Assembly: GCA_022813965.1 (NCBI GenBank)
Contig: JALDZS010000176.1
Location: 1-48,751, forward strand
Direction of reading: 5' to 3'
From: Toensbergia leucococca
Taxonomy: Eukaryota
Length of the DNA: 48,751 bases
The position numbers and the translations under genes were made by a program. Shown here one piece after another: positions 23,058 through 35,357 of the stretch. The notes beneath the pieces were generated by a model, which worked only from the letters and a program-made list of their open reading frames with translations, ran no database searches and was not told the origin of the DNA. Every line of letters begins with the position of its first letter. Within the stretch, counting starts at the first letter, position 1.

Positions 23058-25485
23058 ATGTCTGGACATCGAGAAACACCTTCTTCCCCTAAGCCGCTCC
23101 CTGTACCCAGTTCCTCCTCTCCAGACAACTCTCAAGGCCTTTCACCAGCGGCAGAGTCAGCCTCTAGAGCTACTTCGATTGCCCGTCTGACATCTCCGAT
23201 CCCGTCAAGCGGACTTGCTGGTTCCCCTGTGGCACGCCAAATTCCGACCCCTAAACAATCTAATAAGGAAAGCCAGACGCCTCTGGCTGGGGCCGAAGGC
23301 TCTAACTCACTGCCAGGGCCAGGGCGTTCAGCTCTTGCAGCAGCACTACAAGGCTCCTTCGGCAAGAGTCCCCCACGATTTGGAACCCCGCCAGTACGAC
23401 AGCTGTCACCCGCTGCATCTGCAAAGCACGGTACCGAGCAACAGAGTACATACGGCTCTTTTGAGCCACGTTCTATTCAGGGCTCTCAAGCCTGGGCATC
23501 TCCAGCGCCGCTCGAGGACCCAGAGATTGTAAAGAGACATCTAGTTCAAGCATCCAATCTTGATGGAAATGACGAACGTGGTCGATCTGGAGGGAACTTC
23601 CCCTTGTTTCGTGACGAAATAATGGGGACAAGGCAGCGGTATAGCAGGAAGCCAAGTATCGTAACCGGAGTAGATGAGGATGAATTTTCGAGTCTACAAC
23701 TACAAGGCGGTGACATCACCCGAGAGGTTTACCGATGGACAGAGGACGCAGACGCTCAGTCGCAATCCGGCGGACGTGGTCACCGTAGCAAAAGCTTCAA
23801 TATCATTCGCCCTCCGCCAGAGAGCGATGTCTTTGATATCAACACTATCAAGGTACCTGGTGGGTTCAGGAGAAATCACATCAGGCGAATTGCTCATGAC
23901 CAACCGCACACAAGTAGAGGTCGGGCCTCGGGACTAGAGAGCGCGAGACAAGGCATAGAGAGCAGAAATCAGCCCAGGCTTTTCACTAGTAACTTCATCG
24001 AATTTCTTACCCTCTACGGTCATTTCGCAGGAGAGGAACTTGAGGAAGATGACGAGGTACTTGGACCTGACGAGTATTTTTCATCTGATCCGTATGACGA
24101 CGCGGCATATCTGGACGAAGACGGCGAGGAAGATGAAGACGGTGAGCCCAGCGAAGGTAGCGCTCTGCTCACGCCTGGAATGACCGGACGTCGAAGGCGG
24201 AAACACAAAGAGAGGGGCTCTTCTGGGAAGAGTTCTTCCTTAGGGGCGGCACTACTGCTACTCAAGTCCTTTGTTGGCACTGGTGTCCTCTTTCTACCGA
24301 AGGCGTATCTTAACGGGGGCATGATGTTTAGTAACCTGGTCATTCTAGGCGTGGCAGTATTAAGCTACTACTGCTTTATCCTCCTGGTCAACACTCGCCT
24401 AAAAATCGATGCGTCTTTTGGTGATATGGGTGGGATCCTCTATGGCCGGAAGATGCGTACCTTGATATTGTCATCCATTGCTCTAAGTCAACTTGGGTTC
24501 GTCTCGGCCTATATTGTATTCACATCGGAGAACTTACAGGCCTTTATCCTGGCTGTCTCGAACTGTCGAACGTGGATTGATATCAAATTCTTGGTCCTAA
24601 TGCAGCTCATTGTCTTCCTGCCATTCTCCCTCATTCGAGATATAAGTAAGCTCGGCGTCACAGCTTTAGTGGCCGACTTTTTCATCCTTCTTGGCCTTGT
24701 ATATCTCTATTACTACGACATCCGTACTATTTCTGTCAATCACGGTGTGGCAGACATCATTAACTTTAACTCTCGTGACTGGACCTTGTTCGTTGGAACG
24801 GCGATCTTTACTTTCGAAGGAATTGGCCTAATCATACCGATCCAGGAATCCATGAGGACGCCTTCGAAATTCCCTCGAGTACTTGCGGGCGTCATGGTCA
24901 TTATTACGTTCATCTACATCAGCATGGGAGCCCTTTCGTATGCAGCCTACGGCTCCTCGACGAAGACGGTGGTCATTCTTAATCTGCCACAAGATGATAA
25001 GTTTGTCAATACGGTGCAGCTCCTCTACTCCCTCGCTATTCTATTGTCCACTCCTCTCCAGCTGTTCCCAGCGATCCGGATCATGGAGAACGAACTGTTT
25101 ACGCGTAGTGGAAAGTACAATCCTTATATAAAGTGGCAGAAGAATGTCTTTCGCTTCTTCCTTGTAATGGTATGTGCATTGATTGCATGGGGAGGGGCTG
25201 GGGATCTGGATAAATTCGTTGCTCTAGTGGGCAGTTTCGCTTGTGTGCCGTTGGTTTATGTGTATCCGGTAAGTCATGAACGAAAAGGTGGACTACATCG
25301 TTGCTGATTATGTGGCACAGCCTCTCCTTCATTTCAAGGCGATTGCAAGTAGCAAGGCACAACGGATTGGGGACATATCATTGTGTGTCTTCGGTATTAT
25401 AGTCATGGTCTATACTACGTCTCTCACCATTGTGAGCTGGGCCGGGGGATCAAGTGCGAAACCTCCGGGATATTGCGATGAATGA
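23058..25485 (+). CDS. Vacuolar amino-acid transporter, Avt3/Avt4 type (AAAP family); 2 exons (intron ~25269-25320)
   Basis: Long cytosolic N-terminus (LQGGDITREVY, PGGFRR, FIEFLTLYGHFAGEEL), LLKSFVGTGVLFLP, GTAIFTFEGIG, about 11 TM segments. Confidence 0.92.
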
Positions 25486-27182
25486 ATTTAATTTCTTTTC
25501 TGATGAAGTTTTTGATCGCTCTTTATTTCAGCACGATACCCGCAAGCGTACGGAGTCCAACAGGGGGCGTTTCTGGTGGTAGATGTTTACCATGGCGCTT
25601 CTTGATACCTTAACCAGGAGAGCCTTTCCCTTCATCATTACAAGAATGTCACAAGTAAGCAAGGAGGCAGGACCGAAGATAGAAGATGTCACATCTCGTC
25701 CTCGCTTGTAAAGATGCCATGTGATTTAATAAGGAATTGTGAATTTGAAAGATCTGGTCATAGCCGTAAAGAGTCAAATTTCGATCCAATAATTATCCAT
25801 TCATCCATCATCCATCATTCATCATCCACCCTTCACCCTCCAACATGCCTGGACACCCACTTACGAATGGGCACGATATCTTTTCTGCTACTTCCCTCTA
25901 CCCTCTGCTCTCCACATTCGTGTACACCCCTCCCTGGCCCCTACTTTAGCATCCATCTGCAATTTCTGTCCTAGCAGTCCCTTGGTCGACGAAGAACATA
26001 TATGCAGACATTATACATGAGAGATCGCCATACAAACGTGTCTAGATGTGCACCGAGGAAAAGGGCGAGAGAAGTCGGCGGGTCTGGCGATTGAGATAGC
26101 GTGGTAAGCCTCAGGCTGCGGCCAAGGCGGGGCTCTCGGCCTGATGGTCATTGCTATGGGGCCACCGAATCTCTTGGACGAAGAAATGCACCCGTCTTTA
26201 AGTACACCACCGATAACTACGACAAGATGGATGTCGTCAGTGTAGCTGCTTCGGTGATTGGCATCGTTGACGTTATTACGAGGAGTGTCAATTCTCTCCT
26301 AGATCTACAAACCAGATTCAAAAAAGCCGACTTGACTGTCAGCCTTTTAATCGGCCAACTCTCCACCCTCAAAGCTGCATTGAACCAGATTTCCGAATGG
26401 ATCACCACCAGTCTCATCACAGTCCCTCAACATCATCAACTTGTGATGGATCTCACCGTCTCGCTCAAAAGCTGCAAGTTCTTGATTCTACTTTTGGACG
26501 AGCGCATGTGACTTTGGAAAGAGCGAAAACCTTGAGTTGACCACTCTAGGGAAAGCGCAGTACTTGTGGGAAGAGAAGGGCATGAAAGAGTACTTGAATC
26601 ATTTAAACAATCAAATTAATGCTCTCAATCTTCTTCTCACAGCTTTGCAATTGTATGAATTTCATTCTGCGGGCTCCCTCAACTCTCGAAGATCAGTTTT
26701 ACTGACAATGGCCAAGCCGATCACTTTTTGAAGAGAAAAATTTACTGCAATGTAGAGAAAGCAGGCACATCATCGACTTGGTCTCAGATGATACATCTTC
26801 ATTGCTCTGGCTGAGGGATGCTGATTCATGCTACACCCAGAAAAGCACCTTGACAGAGACTTCTATTATGCTAGATGCCATTTTTGACTTCGATCGCGAA
26901 GTCCTTGATTCGAAAGCCTACCGAGTGGCTTTGAGGTCAAACATGAAGGAGGCGCTCGTCAGGGAAAAAGGTAGATTGCCGCCGCGCGGAGACGTGAAGC
27001 TTGAAGGGCTATCCTCGAGCGGCGCCGCTGACCTAGTTGATGAACTTCCTTCGGAAACGCCTACCTTTGATGATAGTGATGAAGATCAGGATGTGCAAAT
27101 ATTAAAGCAAGAGCCTGCAGGTTCTGAACCGGAGGTCAACAACAACAGCTTTTCAGCACTACCTTATCATTCATCCACCGGC

Positions 27183-27728
27183 ATGAAGTCAGGCTGGTCC
27201 TTGGATTACTGCCTTGAATGTGATCGTCAGACTTCTGGCGCTGCATACTGCTCGCAAGCATGCCGCCTAGCAGATTTGGAGACATATTTTTGTGAGCCAG
27301 AGCCCATGTCACCCAGCGACGTATACTGCTCTCAAGCATGCCGCCTAGCAAATTTGAAGACATATTCTTGTGGGCCAGAGCCCATGTCACCCAGCGATGC
27401 TTCGGCCACAGCTCCCTGGACACCTTCAAGTCCAAGCCGGACCTCTGACTTCTACCTTCAGCCAGCATTTGACTTTTCTGTCCATCAATCGTCGAGTATT
27501 CTTTCCTCGACAGCTGCCGTTCGAGGACAACAATCCAATCAACCTTCGTACTTTGTGAATCCATTCAAAGCAAGCCGACGTCAACATCCGTTATGCTTTT
27601 CAAGTCAACCCTCGCATCTTGATCGTCTCAATCTTCTCTCAGCTCATTACGAAGTAGCTCCACGACAGGCGGTTGCCGATCAGACCAGGCTCTCTTCAGG
27701 ATCAGATGAGGATTACGAGTACTCGTAA
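27183..27728 (+). CDS. ECL1-like (life-span regulatory factor) Cys-motif ORF embedded in frame in the chimera
   Basis: MKSGWSLDYCLECDRQTSGAAYCSQACRLADLE matches the Ecl1 CxxC…YCSxxC motif; own ATG at 27183; followed by Ser/Pro-rich sequence. Confidence 0.7.
   Translation: MKSGWSLDYCLECDRQTSGAAYCSQACRLADLETYFCEPEPMSPSDVYCSQACRLANLKTYSCGPEPMSPSDASATAPWTPSSPSRTSDFYLQPAFDFSVHQSSSILSSTAAVRGQQSNQPSYFVNPFKASRRQHPLCFSSQPSHLDRLNLLSAHYEVAPRQAVADQTRLSSGSDEDYEYS
27245..27397 (+). repeat. 78-bp tandem duplication (2 copies, 26 aa unit)
   Basis: ATACTGCTCGCAAGCATGCC… at 27245 and ATACTGCTCTCAAGCATGCC… at 27323, with only a few substitutions. Confidence 0.95.
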
Positions 27729-29031
27729 TCGCTCCGTAGATGTCACGTTTTCTATTTGTTATTTTTTCATTTTAATTTTATTTAATTTTATTTATTATTC
27801 ATCATTTCTGCATGCAGCGTTGAGGCTATGGCAACTAAGATACATATGTGCAAGAAAACCTCATGTCAGGTGAGAAACTTGCGAGTCTCTGGGGGTTTTA
27901 CAATTAAAAGTCCGTCCATGACTGCACACACCTAGGTGATTGAGCACAAGGAAATCCGGCATTGCTGCTGACCCAAAATCCTTGACTGTGTGATTCATCA
28001 TATTATATTTATGCAGCCCTCACAAATCGAGTATCTACCATCAGAGGTCGCCTACGCCATCAAAATATTGTGGAAGGATCAGGGGGTACGTCAATGTTTT
28101 CAGCGATCTGGGGAATACCAACTAAATGATAGTGCTGAGTAGTAAGACTACACGCGATTTGTGTTATCATATCACTACTAAGCTAAACGGTTCTCATAGC
28201 TACTTTGACTCGATTCGACGTATTGGCCAAATGGACTACTTACCCACTGACGAAGACGTCCTTCGCTCTCGCGTCAAAACTACCGGTATCGCTGAAACTA
28301 CCTTTAATTATAAGAACATATCCTACGATGTATACGATGTCGGCGGCGTGCGGTCCCAGCGGAAGAAATGGATTCATTTCAAGGATATGACTGTAGTCAT
28401 CTTTGTTGTCGACATATCCGCTTACGACCGACTTCTGTTCGAAGACGAATCGGTGAATCGCATACAGGAAGCTTTGAGCGTGTTCGACTCCGTCTGCGAT
28501 TAAAACCGGTTTACAAACACGTCGATGATCTTGTTCTTGAACAAGGTTGACATATTTGAGAAAAAGCTCACGAGAGTACCAATCAATAACGACAAGTATT
28601 TCCCAGACTACACTGGAGATCCAGCAGATTTGGAAGCGGCCAAATCTTACATCAGCGATAGATTTGTGTCTTTGAACAAAAATCCAGACAAAAGAATCCG
28701 TGTGCATTTTACCAACGTTGTATCTGATGCAAGTGTAGTGGACTTGGCTTTCTCTGCTATCAGAGATAGCGTCATTGAAATGAAATCTTTCCGACGTCAG
28801 GCGTAAAGGCCAGTTCAAAATCTCTCAGCACTATTTTTGGTAATTGTGTTGCACACACACCAGCCAGCCTACGGTCCGGCTTTCGAAGTTGACCCGATAC
28901 TGGTTTGTGTAAAGGGGTTTTAGGGGATCAAGCGCAGACAAGACCCAAAGCTAGGGATAGAGAAGAAGAGTGGGCGTAAAGATGTAGCTAGGTAATGCTT
29001 TGCTTAGGGGAAACATCTAGGTACGCATGAT

Positions 29032-30864
29032 TCAATTGACGTGTGGTATAGCACTTGGCCAATTGACGTCTTCAAACGAACTCGGCGGAGAATACGCCAG
29101 GGAGCGGAAAACTTCAACCAAGAGGAAAATGCGAGCCAAGAAGTACAAAGGCCCAGACAAATAACCAAGAGGCCTGAGGAATCTAGTACCCGGTCCTTCA
29201 CCCGCATGTTGAGTGATACAGTACATGAGAACGTTGAAGAGTGGTAATATTACAAGTACTGAGCATGAGGTTCGCCACAGAAGTCTCTCCACCGGCGTGG
29301 GAAACTCAAAATTCCACGCAACAAAATGGATAGAACCGAAAAGCACCCCGCCAACGCCGATACCGATGAATATGGCATTGAGGATAATCGGTGCCTTGGA
29401 CCGCGGCAACGAGATTGCGATCCCACGTGGCCAGGGGAAGATGCTGTCCGCCATGACCCGAACAGCCACGCCATGGAGATAGAATCCGCGCACTCCTAAA
29501 GTCGAAACAGGCGATCGAGCTGCTAAACCGATGACGTTCTCCCGGGTGAGAACGTTTGAGGCGTCAATATATGTTGGGGTTTGGACGTCTTGGGGCTTGT
29601 GCCAGAGCAAGATGTAGATTACCATTGCACACGCTGCTAAAGCGAGAGCGGTGATCTCAAGGAGAGTGATTGCGAGGTTTTGGTACGCACGAGCACCGAT
29701 CTGGACTATGAGCCAAGTGATCTGCAAGACGGCGAATCCCTTGACCAGGGCGTCTCCTTTACTCCGGTCGTTTAGCTCCTCGACCGTAATGCTGGGTGGC
29801 ATGGATATTATGCCGTTCTGATACGCGTATAATAACTGGGTTGACGACAATGCCCAAGCACCTTTCCAGATCTCATGAGGGAGAAGAATCGGCTTCTCGT
29901 TACTGGATATAGAAGCATTGGGCAGAGTGTGGTCAGTAGCGATCAACGTCCCGTTTAGCGTATTGTGATGCTGCAATTCCAGCCCACTCACTAGCGTACT
30001 AGGTGAAGCTCCCGCTGGGTGTTCTTCTCGTTGATCTCGCGAGTCTCTCGGTGTCGATAACCCCTCGGTTGTTTCCATCACAACGACCCCAGAATGTCTC
30101 TCTACATTCACTACCATCTCCCCATGCTCCATGTTGCTAGGCTGCTGGGCAGACAGGGTTCGAGGACTTGACGGGGGGCTTGAACTAAGCTTCCTTTCAT
30201 CGACAGTAGCCATTTCGATACGATAGGGGCAGTGTGGTCCGCAGATCTTTCGGCAGTGATCAAGCTCTATAGATATAGCTTGTTCGGCATCTTGCTTGTG
30301 GTAAGGCGAATCACCGTCCGGGCTAGGTATCTGAAGCTTCCGTCCGTCCTCATCAGGCTCGACAGGCTCAAGGGATGTCTTCACAGCAGCAACATCAAAG
30401 CGCAGCACAAAACCTCGCATGTTAGCAAAGTACGCATGTGTGCTCGTCCAGCCTTCGACGCCGAACTTTTGAAATTGTTTCCACGAGTCGCGCGCAGCCA
30501 CATGTTCTGTGAGAGCCTTGGCGAGTATGTATTCCGGGAACATCACCGTCAGAGCCATCCACTTCAACTTGGTCGCGTTGGAGCGGACCAGTTCTAAAGA
30601 GTCGTCGATCCAGCGATAGCGATGCTTCTTGTGCGGCCTGCGCGCTGGTAATGACAAGTGCTGCACGGTCCAGGTACACAGCAGAATCACCGAGAAGCAG
30701 CTCCAGATTATGTCCATTGTGCCCCGAGTCTGGGTTGAGAAGACGAAGGAAACATGGTCAGGCGGAGAGGTGCAATTCGGCTGGAACGAGGTGAAAGCAT
30801 TTGCCAGGCCTGCGGAACAGAGCGCGACAGGTAATGAGAGCGGGAGTCTCATTGCGCAGAGCAT
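29032..30864 (-). CDS. Uncharacterised fungal multipass membrane protein (610 aa, single exon)
   Basis: Signal-like N-terminus and several TM segments. Family-like blocks WTSTHAYFANMRGF, ELNDRSKGDALVK, WHKPQDV, WNFEFPTPVERLLWR, ARIFLLVEVFRSL, VNWPSAIPH. Confidence 0.8.
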   Translation of the reverse strand: MLCAMRLPLSLPVALCSAGLANAFTSFQPNCTSPPDHVSFVFSTQTRGTMDIIWSCFSVILLCTWTVQHLSLPARRPHKKHRYRWIDDSLELVRSNATKLKWMALTVMFPEYILAKALTEHVAARDSWKQFQKFGVEGWTSTHAYFANMRGFVLRFDVAAVKTSLEPVEPDEDGRKLQIPSPDGDSPYHKQDAEQAISIELDHCRKICGPHCPYRIEMATVDERKLSSSPPSSPRTLSAQQPSNMEHGEMVVNVERHSGVVVMETTEGLSTPRDSRDQREEHPAGASPSTLVSGLELQHHNTLNGTLIATDHTLPNASISSNEKPILLPHEIWKGAWALSSTQLLYAYQNGIISMPPSITVEELNDRSKGDALVKGFAVLQITWLIVQIGARAYQNLAITLLEITALALAACAMVIYILLWHKPQDVQTPTYIDASNVLTRENVIGLAARSPVSTLGVRGFYLHGVAVRVMADSIFPWPRGIAISLPRSKAPIILNAIFIGIGVGGVLFGSIHFVAWNFEFPTPVERLLWRTSCSVLVILPLFNVLMYCITQHAGEGPGTRFLRPLGYLSGPLYFLARIFLLVEVFRSLAYSPPSSFEDVNWPSAIPHVN

Positions 30865-31254
30865 ATTAACAGCAAAGCATTGTTGCGTACGCGAATTTGG
30901 GCCCCCACAGCTTCTCTAACAAAGTAAGCATACATTCTGTGCAGGATTTCTACACGTTTCATAGCGACACTAGCGGGGTAGAAATGAGAGTTTGCTTACG
31001 GAGTAGACCGGTGTGGGCCTGAAGGCCCACAGGCCGTATCGTAAGCTCGTACCTAGTGGTAGGTAGTGTCGGAATAGGGGACTTTCACCTTACCCTTGTC
31101 AGCTAAGATCCACGTGTTTTAGCGCCGGCTATTCAATGCATTCCCTTGCCGCAGCTACCTACTTTTCTGACAGACACGCATGCATCAACCTTGAAATCAA
31201 ACTCTGTGCGGTGCAACATAAAGTCCTTTTATTAGATTCAAGCTTGCTTCGACA

Positions 31255-31940
31255 CTGAGCTCATAAACTGCTTAAAGAAACAGTGTATCTGTCATTCTTT
31301 TAAGTGATTATGAGACTGTGTTTCTTCATAGAATTGAGGCAAGGATTAAAGATCTCATCATCTGTATGAATATTGACAAGATAAATCACCTCATTTGATA
31401 TCATTGTTCAGATAACTGAATATCTACTTCTTAAGCAATGAATTTTCACTTTTATATTCTCATTTTTAAAAATTCACTTCTTTTTATTTTTAGATGTAGA
31501 TCTAAACTCATTCTTAAGCAACTGACTCTGACAAGAAGTTCTTATTCAGAGACTATTTGTCTTCTGATAATCGTCTCTTCTTCATCTCAGATTTAAGAGA
31601 TGACAGACAGCTGACTATCTATCTATTTGATTATATTCAACATCTGCACTGCAGCATACTCTAGCTTAAAGCAAAGATCTGCAAAGAAGTGAAGGAGTGA
31701 ATGAGTAAAAAAGAAGATAAAAACATTGAATCTCATCATCTCATCAAACAATCACAACTCTATCACTCAGAACTAGTCCGAAGCCTTTCACCTCAAGATC
31801 TAACATCAGAACAACGAAGTTAAACTCACCAAAAACATCTATCAATTCAGGTCACACACACCTGCTGTGTAAAAGAGTCAATCATCACATGTAGAGAGCC
31901 TGAGGAGCTCGTTCTCATCCTGAAGGTAATGAATGCTCTA
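31255..31940. repeat. AT-rich CpG-depleted relic (probable mutated TE) downstream of Argonaute
   Basis: About 700 bp with only a handful of CG, rare CC/GG, abundant TCA/TGA, and no ORF. Confidence 0.55.
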
Positions 31941-32180
31941 TGATATCTCGTGCTTTCCTATTCCAAAAGCCCACTGAGATGGACCGAAGTTTTATCCCCC
32001 AAGCCTGCCTGTGTCTAACCCACGTACCCGAATACCCGAAAAGCCCAAACCGTCATCACACATATATCACAACTCAGATACCCGAATCATCAAAAAATAC
32101 CCCAAGCCCAACCAACCGCCATCATAAAAAGTCATAACCCAACGTGCCCCACCCCTTCCTCCCCTCTCCATCCCCCAAAT

Positions 32181-35100
32181 CTAGATATAAAACATCGTAT
32201 TCCTCAAATTCGGGTGAATAACCACATCTTCCGCCCTCACCTCCCCGGCAGCCGACTCTCCCGCCACGCTTTGCGCCGGCGTCGCACCCGGCGTCACCAT
32301 ATCGAACAGCCCGCTCAGATAACACCGCGCCCTCTCGCACACAATGTCGGCATAATACGCCGGCGGGCAGATACTTACCGCCTTGGTCGCGCGCCCAAAC
32401 AGATAGCACATGCTATGCGTTAGGTCCTCGAGCGCGTCCGCGGCGTTCTGATGCGGAGGCGCCACCTTGCGCCTGGTGAATATTTCGTCCAGCACAATGT
32501 AATAGTGAGCTGGGCGGGCGGTGCCTTGGATGGCTGTATGGGCTTGCATGAAGAAATCCCAGTTGCGGGGCTCGGTAATGCCGCGGTCGACGCAGGTGCC
32601 GTTTTTGGGGTTGCCCGATCGATCGGCGTCGGCTTCCTTTGTGGGGTAGAAGCGGGTGTGGTGACGCTTTCCGACGATGATGATGGTGATATTTGGAAGG
32701 CCCTTTTTGCTGTCGGTGGCGGGGTATACGCTGGCGCAGGCTTTGCGAATCAATGGGAGCTCTGTGGCGATGACGGTATCGTATTGCCCTTCCGAGACAC
32801 CATCCCGGTAGATGAGGAGATTTTCCGGCAGGGAAGCATGTTTACCTTGGGTTTTCCAGCGGTTGAGGCGCGAGGCAACCATGCCGTCGAGTTCAGTAAC
32901 CATTTCCTTGCGAGACTCTTGGATGCGCAGGTCGGCGGGCCATTGACCGAGCCAGCGGTCGACGCTGGCTACTACTGCAGCGACGCTGGGTGCATTCGAT
33001 GCGGATCCGGGAGATGGGTGTGTGACATCGATACCGATCACCATGGTTTTATCTTCGCTGATAATGCCCATATTCGCGTTGTCGATCAATTGATTAATGC
33101 CGCCTAGCTTCAAGTTGAATTTGAGAGCGACATTGGCATAGTACTGCTCGTTTCTGTCTTTCGTAAATTTTGACCCTACAACGCAGATGGTATGAATACC
33201 GAGTTTCACGTCCCCGATGAATTTTATGCGATTGTAAAGTCCAGTGTCTACCTTTGGGAGAACAACAAGTAGAACTTTGAAAGGGTAGTTTTTCAGGCTG
33301 GTTTCGAGTGCTGGATCATCAGGACCGTTAATCGCAACTTCCATGCCCCTCTGCGGAGTGGCAGCTGCAATGCCCACATTTTGAAGAGCTTTAGTGAAAT
33401 TAGTTATGGTAGGCTGTAAGCTAGTTAGATTATATGGGTTCGAGCCACCCATAGAAATGATGAGATAGGACCATTGCGGCAAACTGGCTGCAGTGTTTAG
33501 CCTGTAGTTTTCCATGTTCCAGCTCCCAAACCTGACACCGGCTTGCTTCTCTTGTTTATAACGGACCGGCGGGGCCGGCAGTATGCGCCCGGGAACCGTG
33601 ATCATATTCGGAGGTATCGAAACGCCGAATCGACTCAATGTGGCATTATCTGTTGGTAGCAGTCCGACAGTCTTGGGACCGTTCATGGTAATGGAGCTAG
33701 CATTGTCCCAAGGTTTTCGAACGGCAAATCGGATCATCTGCTGCGTCTGGTTTGGATCAAGCTTCGAATTTGAACTCTGTCCTGGCACGATGACACAGAC
33801 CTCTGCCGGCAGATAGGTCGGATTCTCCCGATTTCCAACATTAACAACCGGTATGTTAGGATTCGCTATCACCCTGTTGTGGACTGAACGCGGTATGAGT
33901 AGAGCATAGGATGAAGAATTGAGTACATTGTACAGAAGTACGTACCGGTTTTGAAGAAATCATAAACGCTTATGTACCGGCCTTGGGAAGCACTTGAACC
34001 TGGTTGACTTGGTTGATTTTCAGGTGCCCCCCCTTTCTTGCCTTTCCCTTTCTTGGCGCTAGCTTTACTCGGAGGAGCCGTCGCCGCACCAGGCACGGCA
34101 GACGAGCTTCCAGTAGCTGGAGAAGGGTCACTCAGGAAAAATTCTACTTCTTTGGTATTTGCACCATGCTTTGGCACTCGCGGTGGGTGATCTAGAGTAT
34201 GGCCATCATTCCTGGTAGCTAGCCCAAAGATAGATCTGACTCTAGGAACGACCTGGCCAGCTCTGTTGGTCTTCTCTTTCAGATGGATAGTCCTAACCCG
34301 TAATCTTTTGATGAAGGACTCAACCTTGAACAGGTTGAAGCGATGCTCTCGCCCATACTTCTCAATCATCTGATTCAGAGGAATGGGATCATAGAACGCT
34401 CCATGGCTGACGTTAATGTTGATTAGAATACGGCTTGCCGCGACTCGCACACTTGAGAAAAATCCCCTGAGAGCAATGAGACCTGCCCCAAGATCGCCTC
34501 TATCAGAGCCTTGGCCTAAAGCAAAGGCTTTGCTGCTACCAACGGTAGCAATGGCGGGAGAAGACTTTGCGTAGTGGCCTACTAGTATATTTAAAGCCTG
34601 AATAATGGGAAGCTTTTCAGAATAAGCCGCATTCACGTTGGATGAGGTTAGAAAATCTGTAAGCTCGGCGACAGTGAGAGTCCCTGTGTGCTCAACCTGT
34701 ACCGTGTAGCTCGTTGCATTATCTCGCGGCTCATCTTGGCCTTCGGCTCGGTATTTGACCGCAGTTTTTACCTTGCCTCTACTGAGTTCCCGGCGACAGA
34801 TTAACGTGGATTTGAAATCCGTGACTATATCATCCTGGAACTCCACATACTCAGGGCCATCCAACAGCAGTCTCACAATCTGGCCTAGTTTTTTACCAGT
34901 GGCAGTTGGTAAGACGGAGACGTGGTAGCGGAAGAGCACAGCGTTTGGTGCCGGTAATACTTCGAAGTAATTGGTCCATAGCACAACTTTCTGGCCCCTC
35001 GTCCCGTAAGCTGGCCGGAGAGGGAAACCATCGCTCAGCCTTAGACGAGCGAGATCAGACGAGATATTCTTCTGATAGAGATCCTCTACTTTGGTGACGC

Positions 35101-35357
35101 CGGCACTAGGAGGGGGAATGATATTGATGCCTGGAGGTCTTGTATGGTAGTGGAAGTTAGTCGCCGTCAATTTACTTCAGTGAACACGGCACTAACGAAT
35201 ATACCTGCACAGGCGCTCCACCACCACGTCCTCCACCCCCTCCACCCCCTCGTCCCCCTCGAAAGCCGCCATCGCCACCGCGGCCACCGCCTCGATCGCT
35301 ACCACCTCTTCCACGATCGCCACGACCACGACCACGACCTCGATCTCGTCCTGACAT
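32181..35357 (-). CDS. qde-2: Argonaute, QDE-2-like; 3 exons (introns ~35140-35197 and ~33885-33946)
   Basis: RGG-rich N-terminus; LRPAYGT…WTNYF; GFFSSVR; PAZ end VNVGNRENPTYLPAEVC; NVALKFNLKLGG. PIWI: GIDVTHP, QESRKEMV, YRDGVSEGQ, GKRHHTRF, QGTARPAHY, CPPAYYAD, ending TMFYI*. Confidence 0.97.

Larger units (their letters stand above)
26227..28806 (+). pseudogene. Disrupted fusion gene: HeLo-like fungal N-terminal domain + ECL1-like insert + partial G-protein alpha subunit
   Basis: N-terminus MDVVSVAASVIGIV…LSTLKAALNQI. TGA 26509-26511 with frameshift. The G-alpha part from ~28000 ([45 protein letters not shown]) has no P-loop and an in-frame TAA at 28501-28503. Confidence 0.8.

Noticed and set aside
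25790..25830. (CAT/CCAT)n degenerate repeat
   Set aside because: Ordinary short microsatellite.
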